Made by a program: the position numbers and the translations under genes
The notes under the pieces: generated by a model
The model's input: only the letters and a program-made list of their open reading frames with translations
Told to the model about the DNA's origin: nothing
Database searches by the model: none
Part shown: one piece after another, positions 20,446 through 29,656 of the stretch
Position numbering within the stretch: the first letter of the stretch is position 1
How the letters are laid out: each line of letters opens with the position of its first letter
DNA from: Deltaproteobacteria bacterium
GTDB taxonomy: Bacteria; Myxococcota_A; Polyangia; Polyangiales; Houyiibacteriaceae
Direction: 5' to 3'
Assembly: GCA_034670305.1 (NCBI GenBank)
Contig: JAXMNT010000018.1
Location: forward strand, 32,001-96,000
Length of the DNA: 64,000 nucleotides

Positions 20446-21722
20446 AGCTGCGTGCGCTTCTCGTCGTCGCCTCGGCGCTGTTCTCGGTGCAGCCCGCCAC
20501 GGCGCAACTGAGCCGCCCCACCGCCTGCAGCGACTGCATCGCGGGCTGGTTCTACTTCGACAACAACGGCACGGCTGCCGGTGACGTCGACTACACCTGC
20601 GCATCGAGCAGCTACGACACCCACCGCGGCACCGACTTCAGCCTCTCGGGTGGCAACGGCGCGATCGCCGCCGGACACGATGTGCTGGCCGCGGCAGACG
20701 GAGTGGTGGAGCGGGTCGAGGACGGACACGCCGACCGCTGCACCGCGTGCGGCGGCACCGGCTGCGGCACCGCGTTCGGGTTCGGCTACGGCAACCACGT
20801 CGTCATCAACCACGGGTCCATCAAGACGACCTACGCCCACATGCGCACCGGAAGTGTGTCGGTGTCCACCGGCGACACCGTGACCTGCGGCCAGCGCGTC
20901 GGTCAGATCGCCAGCAGCGGTTGCAGCACCGGGGCCCACCTGCACTTCGAGACCCGCACCCTCGGTGGCGCGAGCAACACCGCCTACGATCCGTTCCAGG
21001 GGAGCTGCGGTGGCGCGTCGAGCCGCTGGAGCGAACAGGGCCCTTACCGCGGCCTGCCTGGTGCCACCTGCGGCCCGCCTCCGCCGACGTGTCCGGACGG
21101 AACGTTCCCGCTCTGGACCTGCGACGCTGGCGCAACCGCCCGGACCCGCTGCATCGACGGCGAGGTGATGACCGAGTCGTGCGAGTTCGGGTGCGTGGGC
21201 ATGCCAGTCGGTTCCGACGACGTGTGCGGCGCCGCCCCCATGTGTCCCGCGGGCGTGGGCGCGACGTGGCAATGCGACGGCGGCGACCGCGTCCGCTGTG
21301 TCGACGGCGAGGTCATGCGCCAGACCTGTCCATTCGGCTGCGACGGGAGCGCGGCGGAAGCCACCTGCATGAGCGGTCCAGACGACGCCGACGGCGACGG
21401 ACACAACACCAGCGTCGACTGCGACGACGCGGACGCGAGCCGCTACCCAGGCGCCCCCGAGACCTGCGGCGACGGCATCGATTCGAACTGCGACGGCATG
21501 GATCCCGCGTGCCCCGGCACCGACGGAGGTCCGGGTCTCGATGCGGGGCCGCGCAGTGACGGCGGTGCCTCCGAAGACGCCGGCGCAGACATCGACGCAC
21601 CGGCCGCGGACTTCCGAAGGGTGACCGGCGGCTGCGCCTGCCGCAGCTCGGGACCCGCGCCCCACGCTGCCTGGTTCCTCGCCCTCGCCGGCTGGGCCTT
21701 CCTCCGCCGCCGCCCGCGTTGA
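20442..21722 (+). CDS. M23 peptidase with MopE-related motif and MYXO-CTERM anchor
   Basis: HRGTD, YGNHVVI, YAHM, TGAHLHFE; C-terminal GGCACRSS...LRRRPR; ATGA overlap. Confidence 0.9.
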   Translation: MKLRALLVVASALFSVQPATAQLSRPTACSDCIAGWFYFDNNGTAAGDVDYTCASSSYDTHRGTDFSLSGGNGAIAAGHDVLAAADGVVERVEDGHADRCTACGGTGCGTAFGFGYGNHVVINHGSIKTTYAHMRTGSVSVSTGDTVTCGQRVGQIASSGCSTGAHLHFETRTLGGASNTAYDPFQGSCGGASSRWSEQGPYRGLPGATCGPPPPTCPDGTFPLWTCDAGATARTRCIDGEVMTESCEFGCVGMPVGSDDVCGAAPMCPAGVGATWQCDGGDRVRCVDGEVMRQTCPFGCDGSAAEATCMSGPDDADGDGHNTSVDCDDADASRYPGAPETCGDGIDSNCDGMDPACPGTDGGPGLDAGPRSDGGASEDAGADIDAPAADFRRVTGGCACRSSGPAPHAAWFLALAGWAFLRRRPR

Positions 21723-21779
21723 GTCTGTCGCTGTCGCGGCAGAACCTGCGCGGCTACTGCCGCCACAACGGAGCGAGCG

Positions 21780-22229
21780 CTACTTGTCCCAGCTGCCGGT
21801 CAGGTCGTCCCAGGTGTTGCCAGCCTTCTTGCTGGACACCGTCAGCACCCGGAGCCGAAGCACCACCCGCGTCACGGTCGAGGTGTTCACGTAGCCCTTG
21901 CGGTCCTTCACCTCGAACACCGCCTCGCATCCCGGCCGAGGGCACGGGAAGGTGACCTCGATCGAGTCTTCGTGCTGCACCTGGCCGCCGGCCAGTTTGG
22001 CCCCGAGCAACGAGTGCGTCGGGTCCGGGCTGTTGGTCTTCAGGTCGAGCACCTCGATGCAGCGCATCGTCCAGTCGACCGAGTAGATCCGGTTGCGGGT
22101 CCAGATCTCGAGTGCCCGCCACGGGGACGGCTTCATGCCCGCGTGGCCGGTCTCGTAGACCAGCTCCACTTCGACGAAGGGGGGCAACGTGGCCTGGGTG
22201 TGTTCGTCGTCGCCGGGAAAGTCGACCAT
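21780..22229 (-). CDS. hypothetical protein
   Basis: natural composition (EIWTRNRIY, TSTVTRVVLRL); TATAGT 7 nt before ATG. Confidence 0.75.
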   Translation of the reverse strand: MVDFPGDDEHTQATLPPFVEVELVYETGHAGMKPSPWRALEIWTRNRIYSVDWTMRCIEVLDLKTNSPDPTHSLLGAKLAGGQVQHEDSIEVTFPCPRPGCEAVFEVKDRKGYVNTSTVTRVVLRLRVLTVSSKKAGNTWDDLTGSWDK

Positions 22230-22311
22230 CGACGGGACTATACGCGAACTTCAACCGCCGCGGGTCGGCTCACTCCTGGAGTGTCTGTCGCTGGGGTGTC
22301 CGCCTCTGCCT

Positions 22312-22423
22312 CCGCTTCCGCTACCGCTTCCGCTTCCGCTTCCGCTTCCGCTTCCGCTTCCGCTTCCGCTCCCGCTTCCGCTTCCGCTTCCGCTCCCGCT
22401 TCCGCTTCCGCTCCCGCTTCCGC
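22312..22423. repeat. hexamer microsatellite (CCGCTT/CCGCTC)n
   Basis: about 18 tandem ccgctt-type units, intergenic. Confidence 0.95.
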
Positions 22424-22491
22424 CTGTCCTCTCCTTCGGATTCGGATTCGAAGGGGGGTGGGGTGGTGCCCGGCGGGTGATCAAGCGTGTC

Positions 22492-22571
22492 GTCTGGCGT
22501 GCCAGGCCTCAAGGGTGCCTTCGGCCCGGCGCCTGCGCGCCGCTTCGCCCTTGACCCCTGACCCGCCAGAC
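22492..22571. repeat. REP-like imperfect palindrome
   Basis: gtctggcg..cagg..tcaaggg / cccttga..cctg..cgccagac with cgcttcg in the loop region. Confidence 0.65.
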
Positions 22572-22595
22572 GGGCCGGCGTCCCCTGGGCGCCGG

Positions 22596-22710
22596 CTGCT
22601 TCTGCTTCTGCTTCTGCTTCTGCTTCTGCTTCTGCTTCTGCTTCTACAGGCTCAGTCGCTGACCGAGGGCGTCCTCTGGGCGCCGGCTGCTTCTGCTTCT
22701 GCTTCTGCTT
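22596..22710. repeat. (CTGCTT)n microsatellites within a local duplication
   Basis: ctgctt runs at about 22596-22645 and 22687-22710, each preceded by ggcgtccYctgggcgccgg. Confidence 0.85.
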
Positions 22711-23860
22711 CGCTGTTCGGCTGAGCCGCTGGGGGTGGGGTTGGGGGTGGGGCTGGGTCGGGGAGTGCGCCCTGGGGCTCCAGCACGTACATGCGTGCGT
22801 TGTTCCAGCTGGTCGCGAAGACGCGCAGACGGGCGGCGCCGTTCGGCCCGTCGCTGGTGAGCCGGATCGCCAGCCCGACGAGCTGGTCCGCGCCGGGCAC
22901 CTCGCTCGTGCGGTGGGTCATGAGCGACGCGTCCATCAGCGAGATGTCGCTGCTGTGGAAGTTCGCGGTCGCCGCCCAACGCCCATCGGAACTGAGCCCG
23001 AGCGACCTGGGGTTGCGCCCCGTGCGCGAGAGCGCGACCCGCCGCCCAAGCGCGACGTCGTACACCCCGATCGTGTTGAGCGTGCAGGTGACGAAGACGC
23101 GGTTCGGGTCCACGTCGAGCTGCAGATGCCGCGGGTAACGACAGGTCGAGAAGCGCGCGGTCTCGTCCCCATCGGCCGTGAGCACTTGCACGATGTCGCC
23201 CCGGAACGAGGCGACGAGCAGCGTGCCATCCGGCCGCATCGCCATGCCGCGCGGTTGCCGCTCGGTGCGCACGAGGCGCCGCACCTCTCGGCTTGCGAGA
23301 TCGACGATCGCGACGCGCTGCTGCGAGTAGAGCGCCACGTAGAGGCGCGTGCCGTCCGGCGAGACCACCATGAACTTCGGGTTCGCGCCGACTTCGATCT
23401 CGTGCCTCACCTGGAAGGTGGTCGTGTCCACGACCTCGATCACCCCGCGGCGGAAGTTCGAGATGTAGGCCGTCGCACCGTCCGGAGAGAAGGTCGTCTC
23501 GACCGCGTTGCCTTCGAACTCGACCGTGCCGATGTGATCGAGTGTCTCCGAGTCGTAGACGAAGACGTTGTCCTCGCCCGCGCGCCCGAAGTTGCACACC
23601 CAGACCCGCCGGCCGTCGGGGCTCACCTCGACGCTCTTCGGTTGCACGCTCGTCTGCACGGTCGCCACCACATGGAGCTCCGGTGCGCCGCGCGATGTGC
23701 GCACCACCCGTGGCCGCCGCGTCCGTCGCCGCTGCGCTTCGGCCCTCGGTGCGAAGACCGTGACCGAGAGCGCTCCGATCGCCAAGGTGGTCGCCGCGCC
23801 CGCGCCCATGGGTGTGCCAAAAGACAACACCGCGCAGACGAACCAGACCGCTGGCTTCAC
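22652..23860 (-). CDS. YVTN/YncE-family beta-propeller protein
   Basis: VSPDGRRVWVCN, VGANPKFMVVSPDGTRLYV; GTG start overlaps the CapA stop. Confidence 0.88.
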   Translation of the reverse strand: MKPAVWFVCAVLSFGTPMGAGAATTLAIGALSVTVFAPRAEAQRRRTRRPRVVRTSRGAPELHVVATVQTSVQPKSVEVSPDGRRVWVCNFGRAGEDNVFVYDSETLDHIGTVEFEGNAVETTFSPDGATAYISNFRRGVIEVVDTTTFQVRHEIEVGANPKFMVVSPDGTRLYVALYSQQRVAIVDLASREVRRLVRTERQPRGMAMRPDGTLLVASFRGDIVQVLTADGDETARFSTCRYPRHLQLDVDPNRVFVTCTLNTIGVYDVALGRRVALSRTGRNPRSLGLSSDGRWAATANFHSSDISLMDASLMTHRTSEVPGADQLVGLAIRLTSDGPNGAARLRVFATSWNNARMYVLEPQGALPDPAPPPTPPPAAQPNSEAEAEAEAAGAQRTPSVSD

Positions 23861-25050
23861 GGCTCGACGCTCACGTGTTCCCCCAGCGTCTCTCGGATCG
23901 CGGCGAGCCGTTCGGTGCGCACCTCTTCGGGCGACTCGGCGAGCCGCTGGATGTGGATGTCGTAGTCGCTCGCGCGCCGCCACACCCGATCCCAGAAGTT
24001 GTTGTGCACCCAGAAGGGCACCCCGCGCAGGTGAGGGAACCGGATGCGGCCCGCTTCCACCACGACTTCGGAGCGGAGCAGGATGGCGTCGCGGGTGCCC
24101 GGAATGCGCAGCGCCGGATGGATGGCTTCGTTCACCCGACGTCCGACGCGGTAGCGCATCCCTTGATTCGAAACGAGGTTGCCGAGCGAGTACGCCACCA
24201 CCGCTTCGCCCCGCTCGGACTCGAACCGCTCGACTTCCTGCAGCACATGCGCGCCCGTCCCGAGGATGAGATCGACCCCCGCGTCGATCCACGTCCGAGC
24301 CAGCCGCCGCTGGGCGATGCGCGGCGTCGCCACGAAATCGTGGCTCCAGTGGATCCCGAGCACCACCACATCCGCGTCCGCCCGCGCCGTGGCGATCGCT
24401 TCGAGCAGTTTGTCGTCGCCGCGGTGTCGCGTGTTCGCGACGTAGGTCATCGGCCGCCGCGCGCCGGGCCCGCGGTTGATGCGCTCCGAGTACGCCAGAA
24501 ACGCGATGCGCAGCCCGCCGCGCTCCACGATCTGATGCCGGTACGCTGCGGCTTCCTCTTCGTCCGCGCCGACCGCGAGCATGCCCGCCGCCCGCACCGA
24601 GGTGACCGTGCGCGAGAGTCCCACCGCGCCCTGATCGTACGCGTGGTTGTTCGCGCACTGCAGTACGTCGACGCCCGCGCGTGCGAGCGCCGGCGCCACC
24701 TCCGGCGGCGCGCCGAGGATCGGCGGCGAGCCGGTCCGCACCTCGATCACATCGGTCACAAGCGGCGTCTCGAGGTTGGCGAACGTCACGTCGCCGTCCT
24801 GCACACTCTCCCGCAGCCCGCGGAACACATGGTCCCAGTCGTGGTCGTTCGCGGCCTTGCCGACCTTGATGTGCAGCAGCAGGTCGCCGGTTCCGGCGAT
24901 CGTCGCCGTGCCGTTCGCCCGCCTCGCCGCGGGCACGGTCTCGACCGGCTCGGCCGGTTCCGTCGGCGCCCGCTGCGCAGACGTCCGAGCCGCGATCCAG
25001 AGGCCGCAAAGAAGCGACGAACCCACCACAAAAACAAGTACCCGCCGCAC
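23857..25050 (-). CDS. CapA / PGA_cap-family metallophosphatase
   Basis: GDLLLH, ANLETP, ANNHAYDQG, IHW, GAHVLQ, YSLGN motifs; TATGCT 7 nt before GTG 25050 (alternative ATG 25062). Confidence 0.9.
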   Translation of the reverse strand: MRRVLVFVVGSSLLCGLWIAARTSAQRAPTEPAEPVETVPAARRANGTATIAGTGDLLLHIKVGKAANDHDWDHVFRGLRESVQDGDVTFANLETPLVTDVIEVRTGSPPILGAPPEVAPALARAGVDVLQCANNHAYDQGAVGLSRTVTSVRAAGMLAVGADEEEAAAYRHQIVERGGLRIAFLAYSERINRGPGARRPMTYVANTRHRGDDKLLEAIATARADADVVVLGIHWSHDFVATPRIAQRRLARTWIDAGVDLILGTGAHVLQEVERFESERGEAVVAYSLGNLVSNQGMRYRVGRRVNEAIHPALRIPGTRDAILLRSEVVVEAGRIRFPHLRGVPFWVHNNFWDRVWRRASDYDIHIQRLAESPEEVRTERLAAIRETLGEHVSVEP

Positions 25051-25131
25051 GGCCGCCAGCATACCCGCGCCGAGCCCCCTGTCGAAGAGACTGGGATCGA
25101 GGTCGCGCGGCCGAGCCAACGCAAACAAAGA

Positions 25132-25285
25132 TCCCTTGCCCGTGCCCTTGCCCGTGCCCTTGCCCTTGCGGTCCGAAGCCGAAGCCGACGCCGAAGCCGA
25201 AGCCGACGCCGACGCCGAAGCCGACGCCGACGCCGAAGCCGAAGCCGACGCCGACGCCGACGCCGAAGCCGACGCCGACGCCGAC
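25132..25285. repeat. hexamer microsatellites (CCCTTG/CCCGTG)n then (GCCGAA/GCCGAC)n
   Basis: two adjacent tandem tracts in the intergenic gap. Confidence 0.9.
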
Positions 25286-25289
25286 CCCG

Positions 25290-25925
25290 TCAGAACGTGC
25301 CGCGGACCTCGAGGCTGCCGACGCCCGGGCCTACGCCCGGCAGCACCGCGAAGGTCGGGCCGGTGGTGCTGGCGCGGCCGGAGTTTCGGCCGCCGCCGAG
25401 CGCACCGATGATCAGGCCGCCGAGGCCGACGATCTGGAGGATGCCGTTCCAGACGAGGCCCGTGACGGCCGACGTCGGATCTGCGTAGACGAGGTCCACG
25501 TCGGGGATGGCGAGGAAGGGGCCGATCAGGGGGACGAACAGGATGTTCTGGGGATCGGGCCGCCCTTCGCGATCGCGCAGAATGGACCAGGCGCTGACCG
25601 TGGCCAGGTACATGCCACCAAAGAGCACGACCCCGCCCACGACGGTCTTGATGTTGGCGCGCCCACCACGGCGGCTGTTCGGCGGCGCGGCGTAGACCGG
25701 TCGCCGGTACACCGGTTGCGGTTGCGCGTACTGAGGCTGCGCGTACTGGGGTTGCGCTTGCCCGTAGCCCGGTTGGCCATACCCGGGCGGCGGTGGTTGT
25801 TGGGGCGCGTACCCGGGCGGGACCGGTTGTTGCGCCTCGCCCGGCGGTGGCTGTGCGGCCGCCACCGACACACCGCATCCGAAGACCAACACGAAAACAC
25901 TCAGTCGCCCCGTCGTTCTCCCCAT
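25290..25925 (-). CDS. hypothetical membrane protein with Pro/Gln/Tyr-rich N-terminus
   Basis: signal peptide, PPGY/QPQY repeats, TM segments with VPLIGPF, C-terminal RGTF. Confidence 0.75.
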   Translation of the reverse strand: MGRTTGRLSVFVLVFGCGVSVAAAQPPPGEAQQPVPPGYAPQQPPPPGYGQPGYGQAQPQYAQPQYAQPQPVYRRPVYAAPPNSRRGGRANIKTVVGGVVLFGGMYLATVSAWSILRDREGRPDPQNILFVPLIGPFLAIPDVDLVYADPTSAVTGLVWNGILQIVGLGGLIIGALGGGRNSGRASTTGPTFAVLPGVGPGVGSLEVRGTF

Positions 25926-26069
25926 CCAGGCTCCCCTCCATCCCATACTCGCCCGGATCCCGGGACCTGTCGATTGAGACGCACCGCTCCGCCGTTGCTT
26001 CATCCGACGTTCGGAGTCGCTGCGTCCATGAACGAGGACCGTCGCAACGCGTTCAATCAGCGACGCCGG

Positions 26070-26414
26070 TCAGCGTTGCCAGAGCCCGTGTTGTACGTCG
26101 CCGTGGATGACGATGGCGAAGGTGCCGTGGGTGCCGAGTGGGGTGGCCGGTAGGGCGATCGTGGCGCCGGCGCGTTCGGCCGCGGCCAGGGACTGTGCGA
26201 GGTCGTCGACCGCGACGTAGGTCCGCACGATCGGTTCTTCGTGATCGGCGAGTGGTTTGCGGATCCCCACGAACGTTCCGTTGTTGCGCGCCGCGACCCG
26301 CGCTTGGCCGAGGTCGGCGTCGGGCGCACCGAACGAGAGGCCACACATGGTTTCGTAAAGCGCTGCGACGCCGTCGACGTCGTGGGTGACGATCTCCAAG
26401 TAGTGAACGGTCAT
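26070..26414 (-). CDS. VOC/glyoxalase-family protein
   Basis: VHYLEIVT, YVAVDDL, GATIALP..HGTFAI..HGLWQ. Confidence 0.85.
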   Translation of the reverse strand: MTVHYLEIVTHDVDGVAALYETMCGLSFGAPDADLGQARVAARNNGTFVGIRKPLADHEEPIVRTYVAVDDLAQSLAAAERAGATIALPATPLGTHGTFAIVIHGDVQHGLWQR

Positions 26415-26545
26415 GGGACTCTCTTTCTGGGTTGGGACGGTGAGCGAAGGGAACCTGCGGCGCCCGTCGAACGCCCAAGGTCGTCATCGATGACGACCTC
26501 GCCGAATCGCGGCACGGTGCATTCAAACAGAAGGCCGCGGCCAGG

Positions 26546-29524
26546 TCAGTACCGATTCTGCCATTCGGGGTCGAAGCCGGAGCCGGTCTTCATGACAGCA
26601 CGCACCGCGGACACGGCGTCGTGGAAGAACATCGGTTGCACCTCGCCGAGTTTCAGTGGTGGTTCGGTGAACTCGGTCGCGAGGTAGTCGCCCTTCGGGA
26701 AGTCGCGTGGACGGTACGCGGTGCCGAGCCGATAGAAGGTCAGGCCGAGCAAGATCTCTTCGTCGTCGTCCGCGAACCGGAAGCGCAGCTCGACGCCTTG
26801 TTCGATGCGGGGGTCTTCGCGGTAGAAGCTCTCGTAGATCATCTCGCGATCGATCGCGCCGACCCGCCACCCGCGCCGCCGCAGCAAACTGCGCATGCGT
26901 TTGTGTCCCACGCGGTGGCCGAGGCATGCGTCCCAATGCTCGGCGGCCGGGTCTTCCGGTCGCTCGCCCGACGCCGGCACCACTTCGGCGGGATCGGGGC
27001 CGGCCATCTCGACGTGCGCGCGCAAGATCGTGCGGAGCCCTTCATTCCAGATCTTCGGCGCGAGCTGTTCGAGCTCCTTCTTCGCGCCGAGTGCGACGAG
27101 CGCGCGCAGCAGGTCTTCCGCCAACGCGATCCGTTCGAGGTAGTCGCGGTGCTGCACCTTTTCGTCGGCGTCGAGCACGTCCTCGGCGAGTGCGGGCGCC
27201 AACCGCGCGTCGGCGAAGGGCAGGACGAACGCCGGCACGTACGACTGCTTCGCCTTCTTCTGGGCGCCTTCGTAGAGCGCGTGGGCGAGCGCGGCTTGGT
27301 CCTTGGGATCGAGCAACGCGACCAGCGCGGAGGCGTGGTGCCGTTCTCCCACCCCTTTCGCGACGAGGTGCACGAGGTACCGAACCACGGCGTCGTCGAG
27401 CACGTCGCCCGACGCCCACTTCAGTTCGGGCAGCGCGCAGCCCTTCCGCAGAAGGGTCGCTCGTTTGCCGGTGTGCGCCGCCGCCCGTTTCTCGTACGCG
27501 GCGCGGGTGATGAACGCGGGGTCCAAGTAGGCGAGCGCTTCTCCGAGCTCGGCGCGGAGCGGCGGTCGGTCGCGGTAGGCCTTCGTCATCGCGTCGAGGC
27601 TCGTCTCGTCGCGCTTCCGCGCGCAGAGGAGCAAGGCGAGATCCGTTTCGGGTCGAGTCGCGCGCTTCGAGTCCAGGCGCCGGTGGGCCCACGTGAGCGC
27701 GTCTGGGTCGGTCGCGGCCCACGCCAGCACCCAGTCGCGCACGGCGCGGGGCGACTTCTGCGCGAGGATCCATTCTCGGTGCACGTCGGGTGCGATGGAG
27801 GCGAGCAGCGCGAGGCCGCGGAGGAAGAGCTCTGTTCCGTGACCATGCGGTTGCTTGGCGATCCGGGTCAGCGCCCGCTGGGCCCCGGTCGGACTCGCCT
27901 TCACCAGGGCGACCAGCGCGCGTCCGAGGCGCCGCTGGATCGGTGGGAGGCGGTACTCCTCCTCTTCGGGAACCTCCGACCAGTCCAGGTCGGCGTCCTC
28001 TTCGGGATCGATTCCGAAGAACCGCTCTTCGCGATCGAACTCGCCGAGCAAGAGTTCGATCATTCCGGGCGTGGAGATGTACCCCCAGAGCTGGCCCACC
28101 TCCCAGACCGGCAGACCGCGCCGTTCGAGTTCGACCCGGATCGCGTCGACGTTGAAGGTGCAGGAGAGCCGGGTCGCGCGGCGGAAGAAGTCGTTCGCGG
28201 GGAGCATGCGCCAACTCCGCACGTCGCCCGGGAACTGCGGGTCCTTGACGCGCAAGGAGTGGAGCAACCGTTCCGCGTCGTCCCGTCCTTCACCGCTCAA
28301 CCATTTCGCGATCCGTTCGGCGCGCGGGCTCACGTTCTCGAGCAACCACTGGGTGACGAGTTGCACGTAGCCGGCGACGAGGTGGGTTGGATCGAGGAGT
28401 TGAAGCAGTTCTTTGGCCTGCCAGTCTGGCATCCGGCACGCCGAGCCCGTGGCGGACGCGCCCTCGAGGTACCCGAGCGCGCGTTCGGTCCATTGTGGGT
28501 CGACCGACCGGAGCAGCGCCGCGTACTCGGTGCGCTGGTCCTCGAACGCTGCCCACGCGCGGTCGACAAAATCTTCGCGTGCACCGAACCCATCCAGGTA
28601 GCTCCAAGCCCCCTCGAACCAATGGTCCCCCGGCGACGAGGGCAAGACGCGACGCACCAGTTCCCAACCGCGGTAGCCGGCCGGCTCCACGAACTGCAGC
28701 GTCTGCCGGACCGCTTCGGGCAAGTTCGCGAGCGGGTGCATGTAGGCCTCGACGAAGTTGCCGAGTTCGCGGCCGTCGTTCTCTCCGAGCGCCGAGAGCA
28801 AGCGCCGCATCATCGGGTGGTCGTCTGGAATGAGCGCATCGAGGAGCGCCTCGCAGACCGGCATGTACGTCCACGCACCCTTCGGCCAACTCGGCGCGCG
28901 GCCGAGGATGTAGTCGCGCGTCTCTTTCTGGATCTGGCGATCGACGAGCCGCCGTTCGACCTCGGCTTCGTCGTCGAATGCGACCGCGTCCAGTGCGTCT
29001 TGGAACTCGGACGCGAACGCGTGCAGCGCTTCGTCCTCCGGATACCGGCGCCGATGTCGCGCGACCTTTTCCACCGCTTCGTCGGCCCGTCCGACCGAGA
29101 CCAGAAGCCGCGCGTACACTTCGAGGAACGTGTCGATGCGCGGGCTCAGCGATTGCGCCCACGCCATCCACCGCACCGCGTCTTCGTGGCGCTCCGGTTC
29201 ATGCGCCAACACGAAGCGCGCGGCCTCGTAGAATGGGGTGCCTGGCAGGGTCGACAGCGGGACCTTCATCCCATGCTGCCGAAAGCAGTCCCACACGTCG
29301 AACCAGCGTCCGGCGAGTTCGAACGCCGGCCGCGCCGCCTCCACGTCGCCAAGCTGTACGAAGCCGATGCCCACCGCGACGCAGTCGACGAGGCGCTCCT
29401 CGATCCGGAAGACGTCCAGCATGCCCGCGTGCAGTTGCTCCGGCGTCGGCGGGCCCTCGAAGCACGCCGGAATGGACTCTGCCCGCAGGGCGTCGAGCAA
29501 GGGGGTCAGTGTCGCCTGGTCCAT
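26546..29524 (-). CDS. large helical (TPR/HEAT-like) protein with DUF4132-family-like C-terminus
   Basis: 992 aa; LPELKWASGDVLDDAVVRYL and PLKLGEVQPMFFHDAV..GSGFDPEW resemble WGR/DUF4132 proteins; TAGGAT 6 nt before ATG. Confidence 0.7.
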   Translation of the reverse strand: MDQATLTPLLDALRAESIPACFEGPPTPEQLHAGMLDVFRIEERLVDCVAVGIGFVQLGDVEAARPAFELAGRWFDVWDCFRQHGMKVPLSTLPGTPFYEAARFVLAHEPERHEDAVRWMAWAQSLSPRIDTFLEVYARLLVSVGRADEAVEKVARHRRRYPEDEALHAFASEFQDALDAVAFDDEAEVERRLVDRQIQKETRDYILGRAPSWPKGAWTYMPVCEALLDALIPDDHPMMRRLLSALGENDGRELGNFVEAYMHPLANLPEAVRQTLQFVEPAGYRGWELVRRVLPSSPGDHWFEGAWSYLDGFGAREDFVDRAWAAFEDQRTEYAALLRSVDPQWTERALGYLEGASATGSACRMPDWQAKELLQLLDPTHLVAGYVQLVTQWLLENVSPRAERIAKWLSGEGRDDAERLLHSLRVKDPQFPGDVRSWRMLPANDFFRRATRLSCTFNVDAIRVELERRGLPVWEVGQLWGYISTPGMIELLLGEFDREERFFGIDPEEDADLDWSEVPEEEEYRLPPIQRRLGRALVALVKASPTGAQRALTRIAKQPHGHGTELFLRGLALLASIAPDVHREWILAQKSPRAVRDWVLAWAATDPDALTWAHRRLDSKRATRPETDLALLLCARKRDETSLDAMTKAYRDRPPLRAELGEALAYLDPAFITRAAYEKRAAAHTGKRATLLRKGCALPELKWASGDVLDDAVVRYLVHLVAKGVGERHHASALVALLDPKDQAALAHALYEGAQKKAKQSYVPAFVLPFADARLAPALAEDVLDADEKVQHRDYLERIALAEDLLRALVALGAKKELEQLAPKIWNEGLRTILRAHVEMAGPDPAEVVPASGERPEDPAAEHWDACLGHRVGHKRMRSLLRRRGWRVGAIDREMIYESFYREDPRIEQGVELRFRFADDDEEILLGLTFYRLGTAYRPRDFPKGDYLATEFTEPPLKLGEVQPMFFHDAVSAVRAVMKTGSGFDPEWQNRY

Positions 29525-29656
29525 GCCCGCATCCTACGTGGCACACGCGACGGCATCCCCGGTTTCCCCGAGGCGCCGCCGACGTGGCGCTTCCCTCCAC
29601 AACCGCCAACGCGTCTCCCTCCGCTTCGCCACCTCTCTGTGGTGCCGCGAATGCGC

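Noticed and set aside
21972-22724. ORFs with poly-AS, LP, RF, GS or L tracts
   Set aside because: Translations of hexamer microsatellites
23857-25050. Poly-gamma-glutamate capsule locus
   Set aside because: No capB/capC nearby; stand-alone CapA-domain proteins are common
23857-25941. 694-aa CapA ORF with an ASASAS tract
   Set aside because: The extension is read-through of an intergenic microsatellite and the upstream gene; the real start is near 25050
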